Made by a program: the position numbers and the translations under genes
In this document: positions 18,808 to 28,909 of the stretch, piece by piece
Layout of the letters: every line of letters starts with the position of its first letter
How positions within the stretch are numbered: the first letter of the stretch is position 1
The notes under the pieces: generated by a model
What the model was told of the DNA's origin: nothing
Database searches by the model: none
What the model saw: only the letters and a program-made list of their open reading frames with translations
From: Pseudomonadota bacterium
GTDB lineage: Bacteria > Pseudomonadota > Gammaproteobacteria > Burkholderiales > Rhodocyclaceae
DNA length: 64,000 bases
Direction: 5' to 3'
NCBI GenBank assembly: GCA_018241725.1
Contig: JAFEDI010000129.1
Coordinates: 29,774 to 93,773 of the forward strand

Positions 18808-19950
18808 TCAGGGCCAGGCGCGCGCCCCGAACATCATCCGCTTGGCGACGAAATGGCGGGCCGGCGGCAGCAGGTCGAGGGCGAACAGCCCCGCGCCACG
18901 GGCGTGCTTGAACGGCTCGAACGAGGTGCTGAACAGGCGTACCAGGGCATCGGTGAAGCGGATGGTACCGGTCCGGTCGAGGCGGCGGGCATCGGCGTAA
19001 GCGGCCAGGGTTTCCGTCGCGCCCGGGTCGCCGCCGGCGCGGATCAGCGTCTGAGCGCAGGTCCACACGTCGCGCAGGGCCAGGTTGTAGCCCTGGCCGG
19101 CGACCGGGTGGAGGGTCTGGGCGGCGTTGCCGAGCCACACCGTGCGGTGCCCGACGGGTTTCTGTCGATAGCGCAGCACCAAGGGGTAGCGCGCGCGTGG
19201 GCCAACTGTGGCAAAACGCAGGCGCTGGCCGAAGTGTTCCTGCAGGCGCGCCAGGTAGGCTGTGTCGTCAAGGGCGAGCAGGTCGTCCGCGTCGTCTGGC
19301 GCGGCGGTATGCACGATCGCGCAGTCGTGGCCGCAGGGCAGCACGGCCAGTGGCCCCTGGGGGGTGAAACGTTCCCAGGCGCGGCCGTGGTGCGGCGTGG
19401 CCGGCGTGGCAACGCTAATCACCGCGTGCTGGCCGTAGTCCCGCTCGACGAGGGGGCTCTCCTCGTCGCTGACGATGCTGCCTTCGGCGCAGGCGGCCAG
19501 ACGGGCGGACAGGTTGTGACCGTCGGCGAGGCTGATCAGCACATCATCGGCGCCGGGCACCAGGCGGCTGACCGTGGTGTGCTCGCGCACCGGGATGCCA
19601 GCCGCCATCAGCGCGTCGTCCAGCGCAGCGGCCAGCGCACCGGCGGCGACCACGTAGCCGAGGGCCGTCTGGCCGTATTCCTCTGCCTGCAGCAGTGTGC
19701 GGCCGAGGCCGCCTTGGTGGGAGACGTGGATGCTCTCGATGGCGGTGGCCGGCAGGCGATCCCACACGCCGAGGCGTTCCAGGGTCAGGCGGGTGCCGTG
19801 GGACAGGGCCAGGATGCGCGGGTCGTCGCGCGCTGCGCCGCGGGGACGGGCGTCCACCAGCTGCATGTCGAGGCCGGCGTCCTTGAGGGCAAGGGCCAGC
19901 GCCATGCCCACAGGGCCGGCGCCGACGATGACGAGGTCGTGGCGGGTCAT
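18808..19950 (-). CDS. ubiH: UbiH/UbiF/VisC-family FAD-dependent ubiquinone hydroxylase
   Basis: 380 aa with FAD-binding fold DLVIVGAGPVGMALALAL. Lies 1 nt downstream of pepP, as in the E. coli pepP-ubiH arrangement. The exact paralogue is uncertain. Confidence 0.7.
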   Translation of the reverse strand: MTRHDLVIVGAGPVGMALALALKDAGLDMQLVDARPRGAARDDPRILALSHGTRLTLERLGVWDRLPATAIESIHVSHQGGLGRTLLQAEEYGQTALGYVVAAGALAAALDDALMAAGIPVREHTTVSRLVPGADDVLISLADGHNLSARLAACAEGSIVSDEESPLVERDYGQHAVISVATPATPHHGRAWERFTPQGPLAVLPCGHDCAIVHTAAPDDADDLLALDDTAYLARLQEHFGQRLRFATVGPRARYPLVLRYRQKPVGHRTVWLGNAAQTLHPVAGQGYNLALRDVWTCAQTLIRAGGDPGATETLAAYADARRLDRTGTIRFTDALVRLFSTSFEPFKHARGAGLFALDLLPPARHFVAKRMMFGARAWP

Positions 19951-19951
19951 C

Positions 19952-21268
19952 TCAGCCCTCGGCCATCACGGCTTCGATGTCGGCGACGCTCTTCGGCGTA
20001 GCGGCGGTGATGATCTCGCAGCCGCTGTCGGTGACCAGTGCGTCGTCCTCGATACGGATGCCGATGTTCCAGAAGGCTTCCGGTACGCCAGCGGCGGGGC
20101 GGATGTAGCAGCCGGGTTCGACGGTCAGCACATTGCCGGTGACCAGCGGGCGCCATTCGCCGGCCAGCTTGTATTCGCCGGCGTCGTGCACGTCGAGGCC
20201 GAGCCAGTGGCCGGTGCGGTGCATGTAGAACTGGCGGTAGCTGCCGGATTCGAGCACGCCATCGAGGCTGCCGCTGAGCAGGCCCAGGTCGATGAAGCCC
20301 TGGGCAAGCACTCGGGTGGCGGCGTCGTGCGGGTCGTTCCAGCCGGCGCCGGGGCGGATCGCCGCAATGGCGGCGGCCTGGGAGGCCAGCACCAGTTCGT
20401 AGGCGGCCTTCTGCGGTCCGCTGAAGCGGCCGCTCACCGGGAAGCTGCGGGTGATGTCGGACGCGTAGCCGTCGAGCTCGCAGCCGGCGTCGATCAGCAG
20501 CAGGTCGCCGTCCTTCAGCTGGCAGTCATTCTCCACGTAGTGCAGCACGCAGGCGTTGGCGCCGCCGGCGACGATGGAGCCGTAGGCCGGGGCCTGGCTG
20601 CCGTGGCGGCGGAATTCGTGCAGCAGTTCGGCTTCGACCTCGTATTCCCAGGCACCGGGGCGAGTGGCACGCATCGCGCGGCGGTGGGCGCCGGCGGAGA
20701 TGTCGGCGGCGCGGCGCATGGTGGCGAGCTCCGCCGCGTCCTTGACGAGGCGCATCTCATCGATCAGGCCGCGCACGTCGCGGATCTGGCCGGGGGCGTG
20801 GCAGCCGGTGCGGGCCTGGGCGCGCACGCGGTTGAGGGCGTCGGCGATGCGGCTGTCCCAGGCTGGCTCGTAGCCGACCGAATGGAAGATGGCCGGCTGG
20901 TTGGCGAACAGTGTGGCGAGCTGCTCGTCCAGTTCGGCAACCGGGTGGGCCTCGTCGAAACCGAAAGCCTCCTGTGCGGCCTCGGGGCCGAAGCGGTAGC
21001 CGTCCCAGATCTCCCGTTCCATGTCTTTGGTGCGGCAGAACAGGATGCTGCGCGGCGTGTCGCCGGCCACCAGCACCAGCACCGCCTCGGGCTCGCGGAA
21101 GCCGGTGAGGTAGTAGAAGTAGCTGTCGAAGCGGTAGCCGTAGTGGGTGTCCCGGTTACGGATGCGTTCCGGCGCGGTGGGAATGACGGCGACGCCGCCT
21201 CCGGCAGCCTGCATGGTCTGCAGCAGGCGGGCGCGGCGGGCCTGGAAGGGGGAAATGTCGAGGGGCAT
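19952..21268 (-). CDS. pepP: Xaa-Pro aminopeptidase
   Basis: 438 aa with M24B motifs (IDAGCELDGYASDITR, HRTGHWLGLDVHD, LTVEPG). Confidence 0.9.
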   Translation of the reverse strand: MPLDISPFQARRARLLQTMQAAGGGVAVIPTAPERIRNRDTHYGYRFDSYFYYLTGFREPEAVLVLVAGDTPRSILFCRTKDMEREIWDGYRFGPEAAQEAFGFDEAHPVAELDEQLATLFANQPAIFHSVGYEPAWDSRIADALNRVRAQARTGCHAPGQIRDVRGLIDEMRLVKDAAELATMRRAADISAGAHRRAMRATRPGAWEYEVEAELLHEFRRHGSQAPAYGSIVAGGANACVLHYVENDCQLKDGDLLLIDAGCELDGYASDITRSFPVSGRFSGPQKAAYELVLASQAAAIAAIRPGAGWNDPHDAATRVLAQGFIDLGLLSGSLDGVLESGSYRQFYMHRTGHWLGLDVHDAGEYKLAGEWRPLVTGNVLTVEPGCYIRPAAGVPEAFWNIGIRIEDDALVTDSGCEIITAATPKSVADIEAVMAEG

Positions 21269-21340
21269 GGCGATGTCCGGTGGCTGGATTCTGGATTGAC
21301 CGTGGGGTGGCCGCTTTGTTGCGAGCTTACGGCAATCCCC

Positions 21341-22042
21341 TCAGGGCGTGCAGGGACGGGCTTCGCGCAGGCGGGCGTCGAGCTCGCGCAGGCGCTCCGG
21401 CGTGCCCACGTCCACCCAGTCGCCGATCAGGCGGCTGCCGGCGACGTGCTTCCCGTTCATCGCGCTGCGCAGCAGCGGCGCCAGCTTGGCCGGGCCGGTG
21501 CCGTCCACACCGATGAACAGCGCCGGGTGATAGGCACCAAGGCCGGAGAAGGTCAGGCGCTGGTCGCCGTTGTCGTGGACCAGACCGTCCGGGCACAAGG
21601 CGAAGTCGCCTTGCGGATGATGAGGCGGATTGGCGACCAACAACAGGTGGGCTTGAGTGCCACCGGGGCTCAGGTTGTCGGCGGCGCGGCGCAGGCCAGC
21701 CAGGTCGGCATCGCAGAAGACGTCACCGTTCACCACCAGGAAAGGCTCGTTGCCGAGCAGCGGCAGCGCGCGGGCGATGCCGCCGGCGGTTTCCAGCGCG
21801 GTCTCTTCTGCTGAGTAACGGATATGCACGCCGAAGCGCGATCCGTCGCCAAGGGCGTCCTCGATCATCCGGCCCAAGTGGGCGTGGTTGATCACCAGCT
21901 CGCGGATGCCCGCTGCCGCCAGGCGCTCGATGTGCCACACGATCAGCGGCTTGCCGCCTACTTCCAGCAAGGGCTTGGGGCAGCTGTCGGTGAGCGGGCG
22001 CATGCGTTCGCCGCGGCCCGCGGCGAGGATCATCGCTTTCAT
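21341..22042 (-). CDS. murU: N-acetylmuramate alpha-1-phosphate uridylyltransferase-like nucleotidyltransferase
   Basis: 233 aa with sugar-nucleotidyltransferase loop MILAAGRGERMRPLT. Paired with an AmgK-like kinase and divergent from lptD, as in Pseudomonas. Confidence 0.75.
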   Translation of the reverse strand: MKAMILAAGRGERMRPLTDSCPKPLLEVGGKPLIVWHIERLAAAGIRELVINHAHLGRMIEDALGDGSRFGVHIRYSAEETALETAGGIARALPLLGNEPFLVVNGDVFCDADLAGLRRAADNLSPGGTQAHLLLVANPPHHPQGDFALCPDGLVHDNGDQRLTFSGLGAYHPALFIGVDGTGPAKLAPLLRSAMNGKHVAGSRLIGDWVDVGTPERLRELDARLREARPCTP

Positions 22043-22052
22043 CGCCGTGTGC

Positions 22053-23051
22053 TCAGAACGAGTAGCCGACTTCGGTGATGGTCGGGTCGGTCTGTTCCAG
22101 GAGGCGCAGCAGCGGCTTGAGTTCGCCGTAGCGCTCGCAGGTCTTGCGCAGGTAATGCAGGACCAGCGGCATGTCCTTCAGGTAGCCGTCCTTGCCGTCG
22201 CGGTGATACAGACGGGCGAAGATGCCGAGCACCTTGATGTGGCGCTGCACGCCCATGTACTCGTAATCGCGGTGGAAGTCGGCGAAGTCCTCACGGACAG
22301 GCAGGCCGAGGCTGCGGGCGGTTTCCCAGTAGCGCGCCAGCAGGTCGAGGGTGAAGTCTTCGTCCCAGTGGACATAGGCGTCCTTGAGCAGGGAGGCCAG
22401 GTCATAGGTCAGCGGGCCGTAGACTGCGTCCTGGAAGTCGAGCACGCCCGGGTTGGGCGCGGACAGCATCAGGTTGCGGCTGTGGTAGTCGCGGTGGACG
22501 TAGACCTTGGGCTCGGAGAGGTTTACATCGAGGATGCGGTCGAAGACTTCATAGAGCTGCTGGGCCTGCTTGTCGGTGAGGGTGAGGCCCTTGTGGCGCG
22601 ATACGTACCACACCGGGAACAGCTCCATCTCCCGCAGCAGTAGCTCGCGGTCGTACTCGGGCAGCACGCCGGGCTTGCTGGAGAGCTGGATGCTCATCAG
22701 CGCGCCGAGGGCTTCCGCGTACAGGTTGTGGGCATTGTCCTTGGTCAGGGCCTGCAGATAGGTCGTGCTGCCCAGGTCGGACAGTAGCAGGAAGCCCTGT
22801 TCGAGGTTCTGTTTGATGATCTGCGGCACATGCACGCCGGCAGCGCCGAACAGTTCGGCGACCTTGACGTAAGGGCGGCAGTCTTCGTGGCTGGGCGGCG
22901 CGTCCATGACGATCAGCGAAATCGGATCGTCGGCGAAGGTCAGCCGGAAATAGCGCCGGAAGCTGGCGTCGGCGCTGGCCGGGGCGAGTTCGAAGGCGCG
23001 GCCGGGAAATTCGGCGGCGATCCAGGCCTGGAGTTGTTGGCGTCGTTCCAC
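22053..23051 (-). CDS. amgK: anomeric MurNAc/GlcNAc kinase-like phosphotransferase (APH family)
   Basis: 332 aa APH/choline-kinase fold (VHRDYHSRNLM, VLDFQDAV). Immediately upstream of murU. Confidence 0.75.
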   Translation of the reverse strand: MERRQQLQAWIAAEFPGRAFELAPASADASFRRYFRLTFADDPISLIVMDAPPSHEDCRPYVKVAELFGAAGVHVPQIIKQNLEQGFLLLSDLGSTTYLQALTKDNAHNLYAEALGALMSIQLSSKPGVLPEYDRELLLREMELFPVWYVSRHKGLTLTDKQAQQLYEVFDRILDVNLSEPKVYVHRDYHSRNLMLSAPNPGVLDFQDAVYGPLTYDLASLLKDAYVHWDEDFTLDLLARYWETARSLGLPVREDFADFHRDYEYMGVQRHIKVLGIFARLYHRDGKDGYLKDMPLVLHYLRKTCERYGELKPLLRLLEQTDPTITEVGYSF

Positions 23052-23132
23052 GGGAGTCGAAGAAGGGTTCGTGTAAAATCCAGCAGTTTATCAAACCAAG
23101 CGGTCGGCTCGCCGGCTGGTTCCCGCTCCAGG

Positions 23133-25619
23133 ATGAAACCACGTACGCAGTTGCGCTTCCTGTCCATCGCCCTTTTCGCCCTGTGGGGGCGGGCGGGTGC
23201 TGAAGATCTCCCTCCCTTCGTGGTGTCGCCGTCGTTGCTCGGCAAGCCGGCTACCGCCCGGCCTGCCGCCACGCCGCAGCCTTCGGCGCCAGCCGCCGTG
23301 CCGTCCCGGTCTGCGGCCGTATCGGCCCCCGCCCCCGCGAAGAAGGCTGCCACGCCGGCTGCCGGCGGGCGCAAGGGCGCTACGCTGCAGCCTGCCACGG
23401 CCGGAGCTGCTGCGCAGCCGCCGCATACGACGGTGATCGACGGCGACCGGGTGACCGGTCGTCAGGATCTGGATGCGGTGGCCGAGGGCTCGGCCGTGCT
23501 GACCCGCGACAACACCCGTGTCGAAGCTGACAAACTGCAGTATTTCGAATTGACCGACGAGGTGGAGGCCACCGGCCACGTCCGCATCACCCGTGGACAG
23601 GACGAGATGACCGGCCCCCATGCACGCATGAAGGTGCAGGAGCAGGTCGGCACCTTCGATTCTCCGAGTTACTCGATCAGCCGTCCGCCGCGCGGCCCGC
23701 GCCCCGGCGAGGCACCGCTGCTGCCCGGCCAGGCCGTGCCGATGAGCCAGCAGCCGCTGACTGGCCATGGCTCGGCCGATTCCCTGCAACTGGAGGGCGA
23801 GAACCAGTTCCGCTTCTTCAACGCCACCTGGACCAGCTGCAAGCCCGACCGTCCCGACTGGTACGTCAAGGCCAAGGAGCTCGAGCTCGATTACGATCGC
23901 AGCGTGGGCGAAGCGACCAACGGGACGCTCATCTTCAAGGGCGTGCCGCTGGCCTACATGCCGTGGGCCGACTTCCCGCTCGGCGACAGCCGCAAGTCCG
24001 GCCTGCTGTCGCCGACCTTCGGTACGTCGAACAAGGTCGGCTTCGACCTGACCATTCCGTACTACTTCAACTTGGCGCCGAACTACGACGACACGTTGAC
24101 GACCCGTTACATGGGGCGGCGCGGCCTGCAGCTGCGCAACGAGGCGCGCTACATCACGCCGACCTACCGGGGCACGAACTACTTCGAGTGGATGCCCAAC
24201 GATGAAGTGGAAGGGCGCAGCCGGATGGCCGGCCAGATCCGCCACAATCAGGTCTTCGGCGATGGCTGGGCCGGCAACATCGACTTTTCCGGTGTCTCCG
24301 ATCCGCGCTACTTCATCGACCTGAGCTCGCGGCTGGCACTTACGTCCCAGGTAAACCTGCTGCGCCAGGGCTCCTTGAGCTACTCCGGAGGCGGCTGGTG
24401 GAATGCGACCGGCCTGCTGCAGGCCTACCAGACCTTGCAGGATCCCAATGGCGCGCCGGTGGCTGTTCCATACAAACGCCTGCCGCAATTGACCCTGACG
24501 GCGAACCGGCCGGAGCTGCCCGGTGGTACGACCTTCCTGCTCAACAGCGAGTACGTGGCCTTCAGCCACCCGACCCTTGACGAAGGGCGGCGGATGACGC
24601 TCTACCCGCAGCTGTCCCTGCCGTTGCAGACTTCGGCGTTCTACATCACGCCGAAGGTCGGCGTGCACATGACGCGCTACGACCTCGACCGCCGCACGAC
24701 CGTCGGTGAGAACACCGTGACCCGGACGCTGCCGATCATGTCGGTGGATAGCGGCGTGACCTTCGAGCGCGACACCAATTTTGTCGGCCGCGACTACGTG
24801 CAGACCCTCGAACCGCGGGTGTACTACCTCTACGTGCCGTATCGCGACCAGTCGATGATCCCGAACTTCGATTCGGGCTCCTACGACTTCAACTTCGCGC
24901 AGCTCTTCGCTGAAAACGTTTACACCGGCGGTGACCGCATCTCCAATGCCAACCAGCTCACCACCGCGGTCCAGTCCCGCCTGATCGACCCCGCCACGGG
25001 AGCCGAGACGGTGCGTGCGCTGCTCGGGCAGCGCTATTACATGGACGATCAGCGGGTCGTGCTGCCGGGCGGCACGCCACGCACCGGCAAGCGGGCCGAC
25101 CTGCTGGGCGCCTTCGGCATCAACCTGGCATCGAAGACTCAACTGGAGACGGCGTGGCAGTACAACCCGCGGGATCACTGGACCGAGAGATTCAACTTCG
25201 GCCTGCGCTTCCAGCCCAGTTACGCTCACGCCATCGGCGTCAACTGGCGCTATCGCCGCAACTATTCCACCGATGATGCCAACCCGGACGGTTTCCGTGA
25301 CCTGGACATCACCGGCCAGTGGCCGCTGTGGGGCAACTGGTATGGCGTCGCGCGCTATAACCGCAACCTGCGTGACCATCGACTGAACCAGGGGGTTGCC
25401 GGCATCGAGTACAACGCGGGGTGCTGGGTGTTCCGCGGCGTCGTGCAGCAGCTGACCACCAGTGTCAACGATGTGACCCGCGCCTTCTTCTTCCAGCTCG
25501 ATTTCAACGGTGCCGGCAGCCTCGGCTCCAGCCCGATCAACGTGCTCCGCCGTAGCATCCCCGGATATGGGAAGATCAACGACGGTTCCAACCCCTTCTA
25601 CAGTGAAGACGACTTCTGA
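23133..25619 (+). CDS. lptD: LPS-assembly outer membrane protein LptD
   Basis: Start ATG 23133 (MKPRTQLRFLSIALFALWGRAGA signal peptide). OstA-type N-domain plus a large beta-barrel body, followed by surA-pdxA-rsmA. The ORF-track start 22830 overlaps amgK. Confidence 0.9.
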   Translation: MKPRTQLRFLSIALFALWGRAGAEDLPPFVVSPSLLGKPATARPAATPQPSAPAAVPSRSAAVSAPAPAKKAATPAAGGRKGATLQPATAGAAAQPPHTTVIDGDRVTGRQDLDAVAEGSAVLTRDNTRVEADKLQYFELTDEVEATGHVRITRGQDEMTGPHARMKVQEQVGTFDSPSYSISRPPRGPRPGEAPLLPGQAVPMSQQPLTGHGSADSLQLEGENQFRFFNATWTSCKPDRPDWYVKAKELELDYDRSVGEATNGTLIFKGVPLAYMPWADFPLGDSRKSGLLSPTFGTSNKVGFDLTIPYYFNLAPNYDDTLTTRYMGRRGLQLRNEARYITPTYRGTNYFEWMPNDEVEGRSRMAGQIRHNQVFGDGWAGNIDFSGVSDPRYFIDLSSRLALTSQVNLLRQGSLSYSGGGWWNATGLLQAYQTLQDPNGAPVAVPYKRLPQLTLTANRPELPGGTTFLLNSEYVAFSHPTLDEGRRMTLYPQLSLPLQTSAFYITPKVGVHMTRYDLDRRTTVGENTVTRTLPIMSVDSGVTFERDTNFVGRDYVQTLEPRVYYLYVPYRDQSMIPNFDSGSYDFNFAQLFAENVYTGGDRISNANQLTTAVQSRLIDPATGAETVRALLGQRYYMDDQRVVLPGGTPRTGKRADLLGAFGINLASKTQLETAWQYNPRDHWTERFNFGLRFQPSYAHAIGVNWRYRRNYSTDDANPDGFRDLDITGQWPLWGNWYGVARYNRNLRDHRLNQGVAGIEYNAGCWVFRGVVQQLTTSVNDVTRAFFFQLDFNGAGSLGSSPINVLRRSIPGYGKINDGSNPFYSEDDF

Positions 25620-25636
25620 CAGATCGTCCCGCCCCC

Positions 25637-26935
25637 ATGAAACTGATCGTCTCCCTGCTTGCCGCCTTTCTGGTCACTCAGTCCGCCTTCGCCGCCAACG
25701 GGCCGGTCGAAGTGGACCGTATCGTGGCCGTCGTGAATAGCGAAGTCATCACCCAGTCCGACCTGCGCCAGCGGGTCGACCAGGTCACCCGCCAGTTGTC
25801 CCGCCAGGGCACCCCGCTGCCGCCCACCGACGTGCTCGAAAAGCAGGTTCTGGAGCGCCAGATCATGGAGCGGCTGCAGATCCAGCTGGCCAACGAAACC
25901 TCTCTGCGGGTCGACGATGTGACCCTCGATCGGGCTATCGGCCGCATCGCCGACAACAACAAGCTGTCGATGACCGATTTCCGCAAGGCCCTCGAGAAGG
26001 ACGGCTTGTCCTGGGACCGTTTCCGCGAGGAGATCCGCAACGAGATCCTGATCAGCCGTGTGCGTGAGCGCGAGGTGGAAAGCCGTATCGTGATCTCCGA
26101 TGCCGAGGTGAACAACTTCCTGGCCCACCCGGAGAACGTACTCGGCCAGCAGGAATTCAATCTGTCCCACATCCTGATCCGCACGCCAGAAGGCGCCACG
26201 CCGGAGCAGTTGGCCCGTGTTCGCGCCCGCGCCGAAGACGTGGCGGCCCGCATTGCCCGTGGTGAGCCCTTCGACAAGCTGGCCGCCAGCTTCTCCGATG
26301 CGCCGGACGCCCTGTCCGGCGGCAATCTGGGTTGGCGCAGTGCGGAGCGTCTGCCCAGTCTCTTCGCCGAGGCCGTGGCCAGTCTGAAGCCCGGCGACAC
26401 GACCCCGATTCTGCGCAGCTCGGCCGGTTTCCACATCGTGCGCCTGCTGGACCGGCGTGGTGGCAACGAATCCGCGGCGCCGACGAAGGTGCAGCAGACC
26501 CACGCCCGCCACATCCTCATCAAGACCAGTGAAGTGGTGTCCGACGCGGAAGCCCGTCGTCGCCTGGCCGAACTGCGCGAGCGGGTAGTGCAGGGCGGTG
26601 CCAGCTTCGCCGAACTGGCCAAGGTCCATTCCGCCGACCTGTCAGCCTCCAAGGGCGGTGATCTGGGCTGGATCTATCCGGGCGATACCGTGCCGGAATT
26701 CGAGCAGGCCATGGACGCACTCAAGCCGGGCGAGATCAGTCAGCCCATCCAGTCACCCTTCGGCTGGCATTTGATCCAGGTGGAAGAGCGTCGCATGCAG
26801 GACGTCTCCGAAGACCGCAAGCGTGCCGCTGCCCGCAACGCCCTGCGCGAACGCAAGATGGACGAGGCCTATCAGGACTGGTTGCGCCAGCTGCGCGACC
26901 GCGCTTACGTGGAATACCGCACGGAAGACAAATAA
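25637..26935 (+). CDS. surA: periplasmic chaperone/peptidyl-prolyl isomerase SurA
   Basis: 432 aa with a signal peptide, the SurA N-domain and two parvulin domains (GGNLGW and GGDLGW contexts). Confidence 0.9.
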   Translation: MKLIVSLLAAFLVTQSAFAANGPVEVDRIVAVVNSEVITQSDLRQRVDQVTRQLSRQGTPLPPTDVLEKQVLERQIMERLQIQLANETSLRVDDVTLDRAIGRIADNNKLSMTDFRKALEKDGLSWDRFREEIRNEILISRVREREVESRIVISDAEVNNFLAHPENVLGQQEFNLSHILIRTPEGATPEQLARVRARAEDVAARIARGEPFDKLAASFSDAPDALSGGNLGWRSAERLPSLFAEAVASLKPGDTTPILRSSAGFHIVRLLDRRGGNESAAPTKVQQTHARHILIKTSEVVSDAEARRRLAELRERVVQGGASFAELAKVHSADLSASKGGDLGWIYPGDTVPEFEQAMDALKPGEISQPIQSPFGWHLIQVEERRMQDVSEDRKRAAARNALRERKMDEAYQDWLRQLRDRAYVEYRTEDK

Positions 26936-26989
26936 ACCGGGAACGGCGCGCTTCAGACGATGGTCTGACGCGCGTATAGTCTTCTCTTC

Positions 26990-27010
26990 AGCCCCCGTAG
27001 CGGGGCTTTT
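26990..27010 (+). terminator. weak terminator/attenuator-like hairpin between surA and pdxA
   Basis: AGCCCC-CGTAGC-GGGGCT followed by TTT. A second hairpin, TCAGAC-GATG-GTCTGA, lies at 26953-26968. Confidence 0.35.
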
Positions 27011-27026
27011 CCATTTCCTCTCTCCG

Positions 27027-28016
27027 ATGTCCTCTCAGCTTCCCGTCCTTGCCATCACCAGCGGCGAGCCCGCCGGGATCGGCCCCGACCTGTGTGCGGC
27101 CCTGCCGCGCCGCGAATGGCCTGCCCGCCTCGTTGTGCTGGGCGACCGTGACATGATCGCGGCACGCATCCATGCGGTCGAACCCTCCCTTGACATCATC
27201 GACTATCGTCCGGACGGCGCCTCCCGCGAGGGTGCGCTGGAAGTCCTGAACGTGCCGCTGGCCATGCCAGCGGCCCCTGGCCGACTCGATGCGATCAATG
27301 CCCGCTACGTGCTGGCGGTGCTGGATCGGGCCATCGATGGCTGCAAGTCCGGCGAGTTCGCCGGCATGGTCACTGCGCCGGTGCACAAGGGCATCATCTG
27401 CGAAGCCGGCGTGCCGTTCTCCGGCCACACCGAATACCTCGCGGAAGCCACCGCCACGCCACTGGTGGTGATGATGCTGGTCGGTGGCGGCCTGCGGGTG
27501 GCGTTGGCGACGACCCATCTGCCGTTGAAGGATGTGCCGGCGGCGATCACCCGTCCGCTGCTCACCGACACCCTGCGCATCCTGCACAAGGATCTGCGCG
27601 AGCGTTTCGGCCTGGTGTCGCCGCGCATCCTGGTGGCCGGCCTCAACCCCCACGCGGGCGAGGGCGGTCACATGGGTACCGAGGAGATCGAGGTCATCAC
27701 GCCGGTGCTGGACGCCCTGCGTGCCGAAGGCATGCAGCTCGTCGGCCCGCTGCCGGCCGACACCCTGTTCGTGCCGCACACGCTGGAGCAGGGTGACGCG
27801 GTGCTCGCCATGTACCACGACCAGGGCCTGCCGGTGCTCAAGCACGCCAGCTTCGGCGGCGGCGTCAACGTGACCCTCGGTCTGCCGATCATCCGTACCT
27901 CCGTCGATCACGGTACCGCGCTGGATCTGGCCGGCACCGGCCGCGCCGAGCCGGGTAGCCTGTTTGCTGCCGTCGAACTGGCCATCCAGATGGTCAAGGG
28001 GCGGAGCCAGGCATGA
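27027..28016 (+). CDS. pdxA: 4-hydroxythreonine-4-phosphate dehydrogenase
   Basis: Start ATG 27027 (MSSQLPVLAITSGEPAGIGPDL). Motifs GHTEYL, NPHAGEGG, MYHDQGL. Confidence 0.9.
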   Translation: MSSQLPVLAITSGEPAGIGPDLCAALPRREWPARLVVLGDRDMIAARIHAVEPSLDIIDYRPDGASREGALEVLNVPLAMPAAPGRLDAINARYVLAVLDRAIDGCKSGEFAGMVTAPVHKGIICEAGVPFSGHTEYLAEATATPLVVMMLVGGGLRVALATTHLPLKDVPAAITRPLLTDTLRILHKDLRERFGLVSPRILVAGLNPHAGEGGHMGTEEIEVITPVLDALRAEGMQLVGPLPADTLFVPHTLEQGDAVLAMYHDQGLPVLKHASFGGGVNVTLGLPIIRTSVDHGTALDLAGTGRAEPGSLFAAVELAIQMVKGRSQA

Positions 28017-28909
28017 ACACCCGCCGACGTTTTTTGCTTGGCGCCGCCTCCGCGCTGGGTCTGGCCGCCTGTGGCGGCCTGCCGCAAAAATCTGCCGAGG
28101 TGCCCGCTCGCCCGCTGGTAGCCCGCAAGCCGAAGATCGCACTGGCCCTTGGTGGCGGCGCGGCGCGCGGCTTCGCCCACATCGGGGTCATCAAGGCCCT
28201 GGAAACCAATGGCATCGTGCCGGACTTCGTGGTCGGCACCAGCGCCGGCTCGGTGGTCGGTGCGCTCTACGCGGCGGGGCACGGGCCTTTCGAACTGCAG
28301 CGCCTGGCGATCCAGCTCGACGAGTCGGCGATCACGGACTGGAGCCTGTTCGACCGCGGCGTGATCAAGGGTGAGGCTCTCGAACGCTTCATCAACACCA
28401 ATGTCGGCAACAAGCCCATCGAAGGGCTCAAGCGGCGTTTTGCGGCGGTTGCCACCGACCTGCAGAGCGGCGAGCCGATCGTTTTCCAGCGCGGCAACAC
28501 CGGCATGGCGGTACGTGCGTCGGCGTCCATCCCCGGTGTCTTCCCGCCCGTGGCGGTCAGTGGCCGTGAGTACGTGGATGGCGGCCTGGTGGCGCCGATC
28601 CCGGTGCGCGAGGCGCGTAGCCTCGGCGCCGACATCGTCATCGCGGTGGACATCTCCGGCCGCCAGAGCGGCAAGAAGAACCAGGGCACGGCGGACGTGT
28701 TGCTCGACACCATCTCCATCATGGGCGGCGCCCTCGGCAAGGTCGAACTGGCCGGGGCCGATGTGATCATCCGTCCGGAATTGCGTGGTGTGCCGGCCAC
28801 CAATTTCCAGCAGCGCCACGAGGCGATCCTCGCCGGTGAACAGGCTGGTTTCTCGGCGGTCGCCCGCATCAAGGACGCGCTGGCCGCGTGGGAAAGGAAA
28901 AACGGATGA
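28013..28909 (+). CDS. patatin-like phospholipase lipoprotein
   Basis: 298 aa. Lipobox (ALGLAACGG), oxyanion GGGAARG, nucleophile GTSAGS and catalytic DGG (YVDGGL). ATGA overlaps at both ends: with the pdxA stop at 28013-28016 and with the rsmA start at 28906-28909. Confidence 0.85.
   Translation: MNTRRRFLLGAASALGLAACGGLPQKSAEVPARPLVARKPKIALALGGGAARGFAHIGVIKALETNGIVPDFVVGTSAGSVVGALYAAGHGPFELQRLAIQLDESAITDWSLFDRGVIKGEALERFINTNVGNKPIEGLKRRFAAVATDLQSGEPIVFQRGNTGMAVRASASIPGVFPPVAVSGREYVDGGLVAPIPVREARSLGADIVIAVDISGRQSGKKNQGTADVLLDTISIMGGALGKVELAGADVIIRPELRGVPATNFQQRHEAILAGEQAGFSAVARIKDALAAWERKNG

Noticed and set aside
17890-21814. Two ~700-aa plus-strand ORFs (17890-20001 and 19697-21814)
   Set aside because: They are antisense to mgtE, ubiH and pepP. 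They are Gly/Ala/Arg/Val-rich shadow frames without motifs.
23091-25379. 762-aa minus-strand ORF
   Set aside because: It is antisense to lptD. No motifs, and high-GC shadow-frame composition.
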